A DNA stretch of 64,000 nucleotides, taken from Auanema rhodensis. Its lineage: Eukaryota > Animalia > Nematoda. This document shows positions 1-9,543 of this stretch, one piece after another (within the stretch, counting starts at the first letter, position 1; the number at the start of each line of letters is the position of its first letter). The stretch covers positions 11,222,001 to 11,286,000 of the forward strand of contig OZ059894.1 of the NCBI GenBank assembly GCA_964057225.1, in the 5' to 3' direction. The translations under genes were made by a program, and so were the position numbers. The notes under the pieces were generated by a model. That model saw only the letters and a list, made by a program, of their open reading frames with translations. It made no database searches and was not told the DNA's origin.

Positions 1-208
1 TTGTTAACCAAGACGTCTGAAAATAAAATTTTCTATTACAATAAATATGAAGTTCTATCATACATATGCATGTTATAAAGACTTTCTAGACGTATTTCAA
101 CGGGTTAGAACGAGTTTAAACCGAGTTATGAGGAAAAACAATGATATTTAAAAAAAAAACAACTATGTGTTGAAAAAATTTCTCTCTTGATTGGACTTTT
201 TACTGTTG

Positions 209-235
209 ATATATATATATATATATATATATATA
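209..235. repeat. (TA)n microsatellite ~145 bp upstream of the first 5S in every unit; variable length
   Basis: Also near 7910, 16856, 18990, 25741, 36058, 38534, 45021, 46713, 53182, 55681, 62223. Confidence 0.9.
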
Positions 236-380
236 AACGGATACATGGCTAACCTTTAGACACATAGGTGAAAAAAAAATTTTTTTTGTTATTGTTACTG
301 TTCCTGTTGTTTTCTTTGTGGTCGTATCTATTAACAACAAGATTTAGAGTGATATAACTGATAATGAAGAATATGACATT

Positions 381-499
381 GCTTACGACCATACCACGTT
401 GAAAGTACGCCATCCCGTCCGATCTGGCAAGTCAAGCAACGTTGGGCCCGGTTAGTACTTGGATCGGAGACGGCTTGGGAATCCCGGGTATCGTAAGCT
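381..499 (+). rRNA. 5S: 5S rRNA (G>A variant at 490)
   Basis: GCTTACGACC...GTAAGCT, internal control region AGTCAAGC/TTAGTACTTGGAT, followed by a T-run. Confidence 0.95.
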
Positions 500-740
500 T
501 TTATATTTTATTTGAAATTTTTTGAAGAAATAAAAAAGCTTTGATAACTAAAAAAAAGTTGTTGTTAATCGAATGTTTGCTCTAATAACACGACAGAGGT
601 AGTCTTAGATACTGTAAATAACTCGAACACTGTAAAGTTTGGGCATTTCATTTGTTACTGTTCCTGTTGTTTTCTTTGTGGTCCTAACTATTAACAACAA
701 GATTTAGAGTGATATAACTGATAATGAAGAATATAACATT

Positions 741-859
741 GCTTACGACCATACCACGTTGAAAGTACGCCATCCCGTCCGATCTGGCAAGTCAAGCAAC
801 GTTGGGCCCGGTTAGTACTTGGATCGGAGACGGCTTGGGAATCCCGGGTGTCGTAAGCT
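741..859 (+). rRNA. 5S: 5S rRNA
   Basis: 119 nt 5S with complementary ends and TTTT terminator. Confidence 0.96.
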
Positions 860-1238
860 TTTATATTTTATTTGAAATATCTTGAAGAAATAAAAAAGCT
901 TTGATAACTAGAAAAAGTTGTTGATTGATATGTGCTCTAATATTACAAGAGTGGTTGTTCTAGATACTGTAAGCAATACAAACACTGTAAAGTTGGGAGA
1001 TTTCATTGTATTAACCTTCTCCTAATTATTGTATAAAAATATATAAAATATTCGGAAACTTTGCAACCGTACATATAAAACTATATACAAGTATTTGAAT
1101 AAAAAGAATAGAAAAAAGTGCAGCGCTTCGAATAAGAAAAAAATAAGTCCAAAAGTTGAGTAAATCCACAGTTTATATGAGCCATTTATGACCTGTACAG
1201 TCAAGATTGTCAAACCACACTTTTATATTCAAATGAGA

Positions 1239-1261
1239 GAGTGCACTCGTAACAAGTACGA
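1239..1261 (+). promoter_or_regulatory. Candidate U2 proximal sequence element
   Basis: Position only (-63 to -41); contains palindrome GAGTGCACTC and TCGTA-N5-TACGA; no consensus match recognised. Confidence 0.3.
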
Positions 1262-1301
1262 TACATTTGCTTGATGTCTTTGATACTCATGGCTATGCTG
1301 T

Positions 1302-1397
1302 ATCGCTTCTCGGCCTTTTGGCTAAGATCAAAGTGTAGTAATCGTTCTTATCGAATTAACCTTCGATATGTGTTCCATTGGTTCACAATAAGGTTAA
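1302..1397 (+). pseudogene. U2: U2 nt 1-96 (element 5' leader / disrupted U2 5' part)
   Basis: Identical to U2 up to AAGGTTAA, then diverges before the Sm site. Also at 12745-12807(-, nt 34-96), 20588-20682, 27753-27848, 31558-31616 (nt 38-96), 60162-60257(-). Confidence 0.93.
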
Positions 1398-1449
1398 TGG
1401 CTAAATCGATATTGCAACTGTACTACGTAAGTCTTTAGATCTGCTAGAG

Positions 1450-4400
1450 ATGGAGCAAGGGCTTTACAAGCTAAAGGTGCCTCTTCAGAGCCCTTTTTCT
1501 TGTTCAATCTGCGCTCCTATTCCGCGATCCTACTCAGACCACAATGGTCTCGTCCGCCATCTTCGGAGAGAACATGAGGTCGGAGTAGAATTTGAGTGCC
1601 GTGCCTGTGGCCTCACCAGCAATCTGAAGGCCGTTAAAAGCCATCAGAAAAAAGCTGAAGGATGCCTCCGCATCATAGAGGAAACTGTGGTGATCTCACC
1701 TCTATCTCCGAGAGAGCCCAGTTCCCGCCCTATATTGCGGAGGATCAGGAACACCCGCCCACCAGGCACAAGGACGACCACCCCGCCCGTGGAGGAGCGT
1801 ACAATGGAGGAAACATCATCCAGTGGACAGGAACAAGGATCTCCATCAACGGTACGCTTATTTGAGGCCCCAATTCTGGACTTGTCCCCAGAGGCCGAAG
1901 TTTCCCCCCTTCCGCGAGAGAGTGAAATATTCAACGAGATCAGGGTTCCGAGTACAGAACCATCTTTTGCCGACCCTGATCCGAATAGAAACTCTGAAAA
2001 CATTTGGGTGGATAGAATTAAAAAGGTAGTGTGCAAAAGTGAGCTCGAGCAGGTCCTGGAAGAGTTGGTAGACACAATCAGAAAGTCTCTTGACATTATG
2101 ATCAAAGTTCCCAACTTCCGACAAAGGCGCCGACCACACACACAACCTGAGGAAGACCAAAAAACCCAGGCGATGAAGATCCAGAAGCTTTGGAGGGCCA
2201 ACAAGAAGAAAGCCTTTCGACAACTGCTCGGAGAACAAAGTGAAACCTGCACCATACCATCTGCAGATGTTGAAAAACACTTCCTTTCTGTTCACAGCAG
2301 TCAAGGCCCAGCCCTCCCCATCACAGTCACCAGACCGGATTTGCCAACTAGTACCGACCCATTAGAAGGTGTTTTCACCCCTTTGGAAGTCTGGGAACGC
2401 ATACGACGTTGCAGCGATACGGCTCCAGGAGCTGATGGACTTCGATACTCGCACTGGAAGAAATTTGACCAAGGAGGTCACATATTAGCAGCGATATTTA
2501 ACACCGTACACAAGCTAGGACACATCCCTTTTTCCTGGAAAGAGTCGACCACCGTCCTCATCCATAAGAAAGGTGATAAAGCTGACATTAACAACTGGCG
2601 ACCAATAGCACTTTCGTGCACAATTGGTAAGACGTACTCAGCTTGTCTTACGCATCGACTGCTAACATGGGCAAGAGCAGAAAAAAGACTTTCTCCCTCC
2701 CAAAAGGGCTTTGTGGCCAAAGCTGGATGCATGGAACACAACTTTTTGTTGCAAAGTACCATTGCAGACGCTAAACGTAAACGTGAGAAAATTGCAATTG
2801 CTTGGCTTGATCTCGCAAACGCTTTTGGATCGCTGCCACACGAAACTCTGCTAGACGTTCTAAGATGGTCAGGAATGGCTGAAGCCTCAATATCCCGAGT
2901 ACGAGCTCTATACACAGATGCCTCTACAAGAATCCAGACAGGCTCCGGACTCACTTCGACCATTCCAGTTCACGCAGGTGTGTTACAAGGATCCCCACTA
3001 TCTCCGATCCTGTTCAACCTTGCCATTGAACCTCTAATTAAAACCATCTTGGAAACCTCTACAGGCTATAAGCTACACAATCACAACATCGCTGTGCTAG
3101 CGTACGCCGATGACCTTGCCCTGGTCTCCTCATCATCAGAAGATCTACAGAAAATGTTGGACGCAGCATCAAATGCGGCTAATTTCACAGGCTTGACCTT
3201 CAAACCAGCGAAATGCGCCACTTTGACGATCGACAAAGGGAAAATATCAACAGCCTCATACATGCTTCAGAGCTGCTTTCTACCCGCTCTCAGCAAATTT
3301 GACAGCTACTCCCACCTGGGAATCCCTACTGGAATGCATTTACATAAGTCTGCGGTTCCAACAGTGAATATCATGAGTCAACACTTGGAAAAAATTGACA
3401 AATCCTTACTGGCTGAATGGCAGAAAGCTGACGCAGTACGCACCTTCCTGATGCCCTGCCTTAATTTTCATATGACGAATGGCCACGTCCCAAAGAGTAA
3501 ACTAGTCGCCTTTGACAAAGAACTCAAACGCTGTGCCCGTAGATGGATGCACTATCCTCCAAACGCCAGTGCTGAACCAATCTACCTGCCAACTAACTAC
3601 GGCGGACTTGGTCTCTCTCGACTCCAACACCTGTCAGACGTCTGTGAAGTCACTCATGCCTACCAACTTTTGAAGTCATCTGATCTTGTAGTAGCTGATA
3701 TTGCGCATCAAGACTCAATAAAAGTAGCATCAAAAAGGATTAAACGTCAAGCCAGTAACGATGAGACAGCTGCATATTACAACGGTTCCGTTGATGGCAT
3801 TTTCGACACCGAAACATCTGATGTTTCCTCCATCTGGACTAGAGTAAGAGTAGCGATGCGTCAACTCAAGAAACTCATCAACGCTAACTGGACATGCCTC
3901 GAAAGTGGTTTAGAACTCAATCTAAACAACCAACTGTTAACACCTTCACTATGCCACAGAAGCCTGCGACGTGCATTATGGCTGAAAGACCTTCGGATCC
4001 TTCTTCAAAAACCGGATCAAGGGAAAGTCTTTGATGTCACAATGCTCAACAAAGCGTCCAATCACTTTATGGCGAAGGGAGATTTCATACGGTTTGCTGA
4101 TTGGCGATTCATCCACAAGGCTCGACTTAATACTCTCCAGCTCAATGGCTGTAGAAGACACGGAGAAGGAAACAAACAGTGCCGCAGGTGTAGTTACCCC
4201 AACGAAACTGCTGCACATGTTCTTGGACACTGCCACTTTCACACGAGAGCAATCCAACTCCGCCACAACAACATCGTGGACCGTCTTATCAAAGCCCTGC
4301 CAGAGCCTAAAAACGGAGAAGTTTACACTAACCAGCCTCTTCCTGGCATTAATAGTACACTCCGACCTGACATAGTAGTGGTCGATCATGACGCAAAACA

Positions 4401-4728
4401 CTGTAGTATCGTTGATGTTACAGTGAGCTATGAAAACCGCCGACAAGCCATGATAGCCGCGCGTATGATAAAGGAGAGGAAATATGCTGACATAGCCAGC
4501 CAATACCAATGTCTTGGTTATAAGACTAGTGTAGAAGCGTATGTCGTAGGAATGCTTGGAACTATGGACCCGCTCAACGTACAAGCCCTCCGATCACTCA
4601 AGATCAGCAGCCACTACAACCGGCTAATGGAGAAGCTCGTCGTCGCCGATACCATCAAGTGGGCCAGGAATATCTACGTGGAACATGTTTCTGGTGTAAG
4701 GCAGTATGAAGAAGAAATTATCCATTGA
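1450..4728 (+). CDS. ZnF-RT-CCHC-RLE polyprotein, 1092 aa, intact
   Basis: C2H2 CSIC..H....H and CRAC..H..C fingers; RT motifs APGADG, WRPIAL, QKGF, WLDLANAFGS, GVLQGSPLSP, YADD; WRFIHKARLN; CRRC..ETAAHVLGHC knuckle; RHN and RPD..VDVT..E..K..KY endonuclease motifs. Confidence 0.97.
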   Translation: MEQGLYKLKVPLQSPFSCSICAPIPRSYSDHNGLVRHLRREHEVGVEFECRACGLTSNLKAVKSHQKKAEGCLRIIEETVVISPLSPREPSSRPILRRIRNTRPPGTRTTTPPVEERTMEETSSSGQEQGSPSTVRLFEAPILDLSPEAEVSPLPRESEIFNEIRVPSTEPSFADPDPNRNSENIWVDRIKKVVCKSELEQVLEELVDTIRKSLDIMIKVPNFRQRRRPHTQPEEDQKTQAMKIQKLWRANKKKAFRQLLGEQSETCTIPSADVEKHFLSVHSSQGPALPITVTRPDLPTSTDPLEGVFTPLEVWERIRRCSDTAPGADGLRYSHWKKFDQGGHILAAIFNTVHKLGHIPFSWKESTTVLIHKKGDKADINNWRPIALSCTIGKTYSACLTHRLLTWARAEKRLSPSQKGFVAKAGCMEHNFLLQSTIADAKRKREKIAIAWLDLANAFGSLPHETLLDVLRWSGMAEASISRVRALYTDASTRIQTGSGLTSTIPVHAGVLQGSPLSPILFNLAIEPLIKTILETSTGYKLHNHNIAVLAYADDLALVSSSSEDLQKMLDAASNAANFTGLTFKPAKCATLTIDKGKISTASYMLQSCFLPALSKFDSYSHLGIPTGMHLHKSAVPTVNIMSQHLEKIDKSLLAEWQKADAVRTFLMPCLNFHMTNGHVPKSKLVAFDKELKRCARRWMHYPPNASAEPIYLPTNYGGLGLSRLQHLSDVCEVTHAYQLLKSSDLVVADIAHQDSIKVASKRIKRQASNDETAAYYNGSVDGIFDTETSDVSSIWTRVRVAMRQLKKLINANWTCLESGLELNLNNQLLTPSLCHRSLRRALWLKDLRILLQKPDQGKVFDVTMLNKASNHFMAKGDFIRFADWRFIHKARLNTLQLNGCRRHGEGNKQCRRCSYPNETAAHVLGHCHFHTRAIQLRHNNIVDRLIKALPEPKNGEVYTNQPLPGINSTLRPDIVVVDHDAKHCSIVDVTVSYENRRQAMIAARMIKERKYADIASQYQCLGYKTSVEAYVVGMLGTMDPLNVQALRSLKISSHYNRLMEKLVVADTIKWARNIYVEHVSGVRQYEEEIIH

Positions 4729-5114
4729 CTTGTTTGTGATTTGATTGTAATATATTTTTTACTTTTTGTATTACTTATTTTTGTCTTTTTTCTTTCTCTC
4801 TTTCTGACCTTCATTGGTACATGTATTTTGTTGTTTATTTTTAACACCATTGCCGTAGGCACTCAAATTGTTTGATCATAGCGGCACTTGATATTTACTT
4901 TTCACTGTTCTGCTTTATTATTCATTTTTTTTGTTATTCATTACTTTTTTTAACCCACTCCCCCGACTCTTGAGTCGTTTTAGCCTCTGTTGGTAATGTG
5001 TTTTATTTTGTACTTTTTAATCACTTGCTGTTTTAAGTTGTACTGGTAATACCGTCTCCCCGATTCTGGGCTCTTTTTTATTGGTTATTTATTGTTTCAT
5101 AACATTAGTTATTC

Positions 5115-5120
5115 AATAAA
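5115..5120 (+). promoter_or_regulatory. AATAAA 4 nt before the element 3' end
   Basis: Present in all 11 copies; no poly(A) follows. Confidence 0.5.
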
Positions 5121-5124
5121 CCAT

Positions 5125-5271
5125 TAATCGTTCTTATCGAATTAACCTTCGATATGTGTTCCATTGGTTCACAATAAGGTTAACCGATTTTTGAGACTTG
5201 AGGTAGATGCTGGCTTGCTAGCTCCACCTCACGGGTCGACCCGCTCTTGCACTGCTGGCGGGAACGGCCCA
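5125..5271 (+). pseudogene. U2: U2 nt 38-184 downstream of insertion
   Basis: Begins TAATCGTTCTT directly after the element end. Confidence 0.93.
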
Positions 5272-5635
5272 ATTTATTTATTTTTATTTTTTATTTTTTT
5301 TTTTTATTAAGAACAATTTATTGACGTAGAGAATGTTTGTTCCGAAAAACTACAATATTAAACTATAAAAGTAACAAAAGCGTAGAGGCAGCAAAGACAT
5401 GAATAAACATAAATGTAAATACAGAATTACCAGGTAGTACATAAGTATGACAAAAAATTATAAGAAAGCCATGAAAATAGAAGGTTTGTGAACAAATGAG
5501 AGGTACATCTTTGATCGTATAGTCATTTCTAAACCGTTCGTATGCTGCAGCATCGTCATAAGCGTCACTCAAGTTGAATTTCCATGTGTACTACACGATT
5601 TTCATTCTTATTGTTACATTCTTTCCCTGAGGGAA

Positions 5636-5782
5636 TGGGCCGTTCCCGCCAGCAGTGCAAGAGCGGGTCGACCCGTGAGGTGGAGCTAGCAAGCCAGCAT
5701 CTACCTCAAGTCTCAAAAATCGGTTAACCTTATTGTGAACCAATGGAACACATATCGAAGGTTAATTCGATAAGAACGATTA
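5636..5782 (-). pseudogene. U2: U2 nt 38-184 downstream of insertion
   Basis: Same junction. Confidence 0.93.
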
Positions 5783-7270
5783 ATGGTTTATTGAATAACT
5801 AATGTTATGAAACAATAAATAACCAATAAAAAAGAGCCCAGAATCGGGGAGACGGTATTACCAGTACAACTTAAAACAGCAAGTGATTAAAAAGTACAAA
5901 ATAAAACACATTACCAACAGAGGCTAAAACGACTCAAGAGTCGGGGGAGTGGGTTAAAAAAAGTAATGAATAACAAAAAAAATGAATAATAAAGCAGAAC
6001 AGTGAAAAGTAAATATCAAGTGCCGCTATGATCAAACAATTTGAGTGCCTACGGCAATGGTGTTAAAAATAAACAACAAAATACATGTACCAATGAAGGT
6101 CAGAAAGAGAGAAAGAAAAAAGACAAAAATAAGTAATACAAAAAGTAAAAAATATATTACAATCAAATCACAAACAAGTCAATGGATAATTTCTTCTTCA
6201 TACTGCCTTACACCAGAAACATGTTCCACGTAGATATTCCTGGCCCACTTGATGGTATCGGCGACGACGAGCTTCTCCATTAGCCGGTTGTAGTGGCTGC
6301 TGATCTTGAGTGATCGGAGGGCTTGTACGTTGAGCGGGTCCATAGTTCCAAGCATTCCTACGACATACGCTTCTACACTAGTCTTATAACCAAGACATTG
6401 GTATTGGCTGGCTATGTCAGCATATTTCCTCTCCTTTATCATACGCGCGGCTATCATGGCTTGTCGGCGGTTTTCATAGCTCACTGTAACATCAACGATA
6501 CTACAGTGTTTTGCGTCATGATCGACCACTACTATGTCAGGTCGGAGTGTACTATTAATGCCAGGAAGAGGCTGGTTAGTGTAAACTTCTCCGTTTTTAG
6601 GCTCTGGCAGGGCTTTGATAAGACGGTCCACGATGTTGTTGTGGCGGAGTTGGATTGCTCTCGTGTGAAAGTGGCAGTGTCCAAGAACATGTGCAGCAGT
6701 TTCGTTGGGGTAACTACACCTGCGGCACTGTTTGTTTCCTTCTCCGTGTCTTCTACAGCCATTGAGCTGGAGAGTATTAAGTCGAGCCTTGTGGATGAAT
6801 CGCCAATCAGCAAACCGTATGAAATCTCCCTTCGCCATAAAGTGATTGGACGCTTTGTTGAGCATTGTGACATCAAAGACTTTCCCTTGATCCGGTTTTT
6901 GAAGAAGGATCCGAAGGTCTTTCAGCCATAATGCACGTCGCAGGCTTCTGTGGCATAGTGAAGGTGTTAACAGTTGGTTGTTTAGATTGAGTTCTAAACC
7001 ACTTTCGAGGCATGTCCAGTTAGCGTTGATGAGTTTCTTGAGTTGACGCATCGCTACTCTTACTCTAGTCCAGATGGAGGAAACATCAGATGTTTCGGTG
7101 TCGAAAATGCCATCAACGGAACCGTTGTAATATGCAGCTGTCTCATCGTTACTGGCTTGACGTTTAATCCTTTTTGATGCTACTTTTATTGAGTCTTGAT
7201 GCGCAATATCAGCTACTACAAGATCAGATGACTTCAAAAGTTGGTAGGCATGAGTGACTTCACAGACGTC
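5783..7270 (-). mobile_element. Copy 2: 5'-truncated element (last 1488 bp)
   Basis: Reverse complement of 3637-5124; standard 3' junction to U2 nt 38 at 5782; 5' end fused to opposite-strand spacer at 7270. Confidence 0.93.
6179..7270 (-). pseudogene. C-terminal ORF fragment (knuckle + RLE)
   Basis: DVCEVTHAY...YEEEIIH identical to copy 1; no native start. Confidence 0.9.
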
Positions 7271-7907
7271 CTTGTGTGAGAAAATGTTCAAAAAAAAGTT
7301 GTTTTTGTTTTCGTTTTGTTTTCATTTTTCAAAAATTTACAGTTTTTATAAAAATAATTCTTCTTTCTACAGTAGATTGTAAATTTCATGAAAAAAAATA
7401 TAGGGAATCAAAAGTTACATTAGGGTCCCGAATACGGGACATTTTTATATGTGTAAAAACGGTCCAGTTTTAACACAAGGGTTTTCCGGTCTATTATAAG
7501 GTAAAACACAGCTTTTTAAACCTCCGTAGCGTAATGAGAAATGATGATTTCGTGAATGTTAAAGTTTTCTATCATAGTTCTCTATAGTATCTACGTACAT
7601 ATGAAGAAAAAATAGAAAGAAATTTTTCTGGAAGCAAGTTTCATTGAGCGTTCCGTATAAGGAACATTATGATAAAAATTATAAGGGGGTAAAACATATC
7701 ATTGTTAACCAAGACGTCTGAAAATAAAATTTTCTATTACAATAAATATGAAGTTCTATCATACATATGCATGTTATAAAGACTTTCTAGACGTATTTCA
7801 ACGGGTTAGAACGAGTTTAAACCGAGTTATGAGGAAAAACAATGATATTTAAAAAAAAAACAACTATGTGTTGAAAAAATTTCTCTCTTGATTGGACTTT
7901 TTACTGT

Positions 7908-7957
<50 letters not shown>

Positions 7958-8099
7958 GGATACATGGCTAACCTTTAGACACATAGGTGAAAAAAAAATT
8001 TTTTTTGTTATTGTTACTGTTCCTGTTGTTTTCTTTGTGGTCGTATCTATTAACAACAAGATTTAGAGTGATATAACTGATAATGAAGAATATGACATT

Positions 8100-8218
8100 G
8101 CTTACGACCATACCACGTTGAAAGTACGCCATCCCGTCCGATCTGGCAAGTCAAGCAACGTTGGGCCCGGTTAGTACTTGGATCGGAGACGGCTTGGGAA
8201 TCCCGGGTGTCGTAAGCT
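8100..8218 (+). rRNA. 5S: 5S rRNA
   Basis: Same sequence as 741-859. Confidence 0.95.
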
Positions 8219-9396
8219 TTTATATTTTATTTGAAATTTTTTGAAGAAATAAAAAAGCTTTGATAACTAAAAAAAAGTTGTTGTTAATCGAATGTTTGCT
8301 CTAATAACACGACAGAGGTAGTCTTAGATACTGTAAATAACTCGAACACTGTAAAGTTTGGGCATTTCATTTGTTACTGTTCCTGTTGTTGATTTTATTT
8401 TCAGACGTCTTGGTTAACAATGATATGTTTTACCCCCTTATAATTTTTATCATAATGTTCCTTATACGGAACGCTCAATGAAACTTGCTTCCAGAAAAAT
8501 TTCTTTCTATTTTTTCTTCATATGTACGTAGATACTATAGAGAACTATGATAGAAAACTTTAACATTCACGAAATCATCATTTCTCATTACGCTACGGAG
8601 GTTTAAAAAGCTGTGTTTTACCTTATAATAGACCGGAAAACCCTTGTGTTAAAACTGGACCGTTTTTACACATATAAAAATGTCCCGTATTCGGGACCCT
8701 AATGTAACTTTTGATTCCCTATATTTTTTTTCATGAAATTTACAATCTACTGTAGAAAGAAGAATTATTTTTATAAAAACTGTAAATTTTTGAAAAATGA
8801 AAACAAAACGAAAACAAAAACAACTTTTTTTTGAACATTTTCTCACACAAGGGTCCCCCCTTACCTACTTTTTTTCTCATTACTCGTTTCAACCTCATCC
8901 GATCACTCTGCAAACATGTTTAATCGTTCTAACTTGTTGAAATACGTCTTAAAAGTCTAAACAACATGCATATGCATAATAGAAACCACCCGAATAGGCC
9001 CCCACGCACTAAACGAGATATATACATTACCAGTATAGTAATAGAACACATATTGAAGATTAATTCGATAAGAACAATTTATTGACGTAGAGAATGTTTG
9101 TTCCGAAAAACTACAATATTAAACTATAAAAGTAACAAAAGCGTAGAGGCAGCAAAGACATGAATAAACATAAATGTAAATACAGAATTACCAGGTAGTA
9201 CATAAGTATGACAAAAAATTATAAGAAAGCCATGAAAATAGAAGGTTTGTGAACAAATGAGAGGTACATCTTTGATCGTATAGTCATTTCTAAACCGTTC
9301 GTATGCTGCAGCATCGTCATAAGCGTCACTCAAGTTGAATTTCCATGTGTACTACACGATTTTCATTCTTATTGTTACATTCTTTCCCTGAGGGAA

Positions 9397-9543
9397 TGGG
9401 CCGTTCCCGCCAGCAGTGCAAGAGCGGGTCGACCCGTGAGGTGGAGCTAGCAAGCCAGCATCTACCTCAAGTCTCAAAAATCGGTTAACCTTATTGTGAA
9501 CCAATGGAACACATATCGAAGGTTAATTCGATAAGAACGATTA
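9397..9543 (-). pseudogene. U2: U2 nt 38-184 downstream of insertion
   Basis: Same junction. Confidence 0.93.

Larger units (their letters stand above)
293..925 (+). repeat. 360 bp-period direct duplication carrying the two 5S genes
   Basis: TGTTACTGTTCCTG...5S...GTTGTTG repeated at offset 360 with few SNPs; weaker similarity continues (TAGATACTGTAA, AACACTGTAAAGTT). Confidence 0.88.
1302..5124 (+). mobile_element. Copy 1: full-length U2-targeting RLE non-LTR retrotransposon (Utopia-like, NeSL clade), behind the native U2 upstream region
   Basis: U2 nt 1-96 (1302-1397), element-specific sequence from 1398, ORF 1450-4728, T-rich 3'UTR ending AATAAACCAT, then U2 resumes at nt 38 (5125). No LTRs and no poly(A). 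Confidence 0.95.
3637..7270. repeat. Inverted repeat, 1635 bp arms (3637-5271 / 5636-7270)
   Basis: Coordinates sum to 10907; tail-to-tail elements. Confidence 0.9.

Noticed and set aside
381-859. 5S as insertion target or 5S-derived SINE
   Set aside because: All 22 5S copies are full length, uninterrupted and in constant unit flanks.
1398-1449. HDV-like or hammerhead ribozyme at the 5' end
   Set aside because: Only 52 nt of element-specific UTR and no recognisable core by eye; not tested computationally.
1450-4728. Keno (Tx1), R2, or bacterial retron/group II intron/DGR assignment
   Set aside because: No APE domain or separate ORF1; the target is U2, not 28S; CCHC+RLE and the snRNA/5S context are eukaryotic.
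1644-4862. Antisense and alternate-frame ORFs inside the element (203, 161, 202, 114 aa etc.)
   Set aside because: Shadows of the main ORF with no domains; copies are too similar to show independent constraint.
1339-5183. 59 bp classical TSD or LTRs
   Set aside because: The 5' U2 piece is invariant and moves with the element to non-U2 contexts; there is no TG..CA, PBS or integrase.
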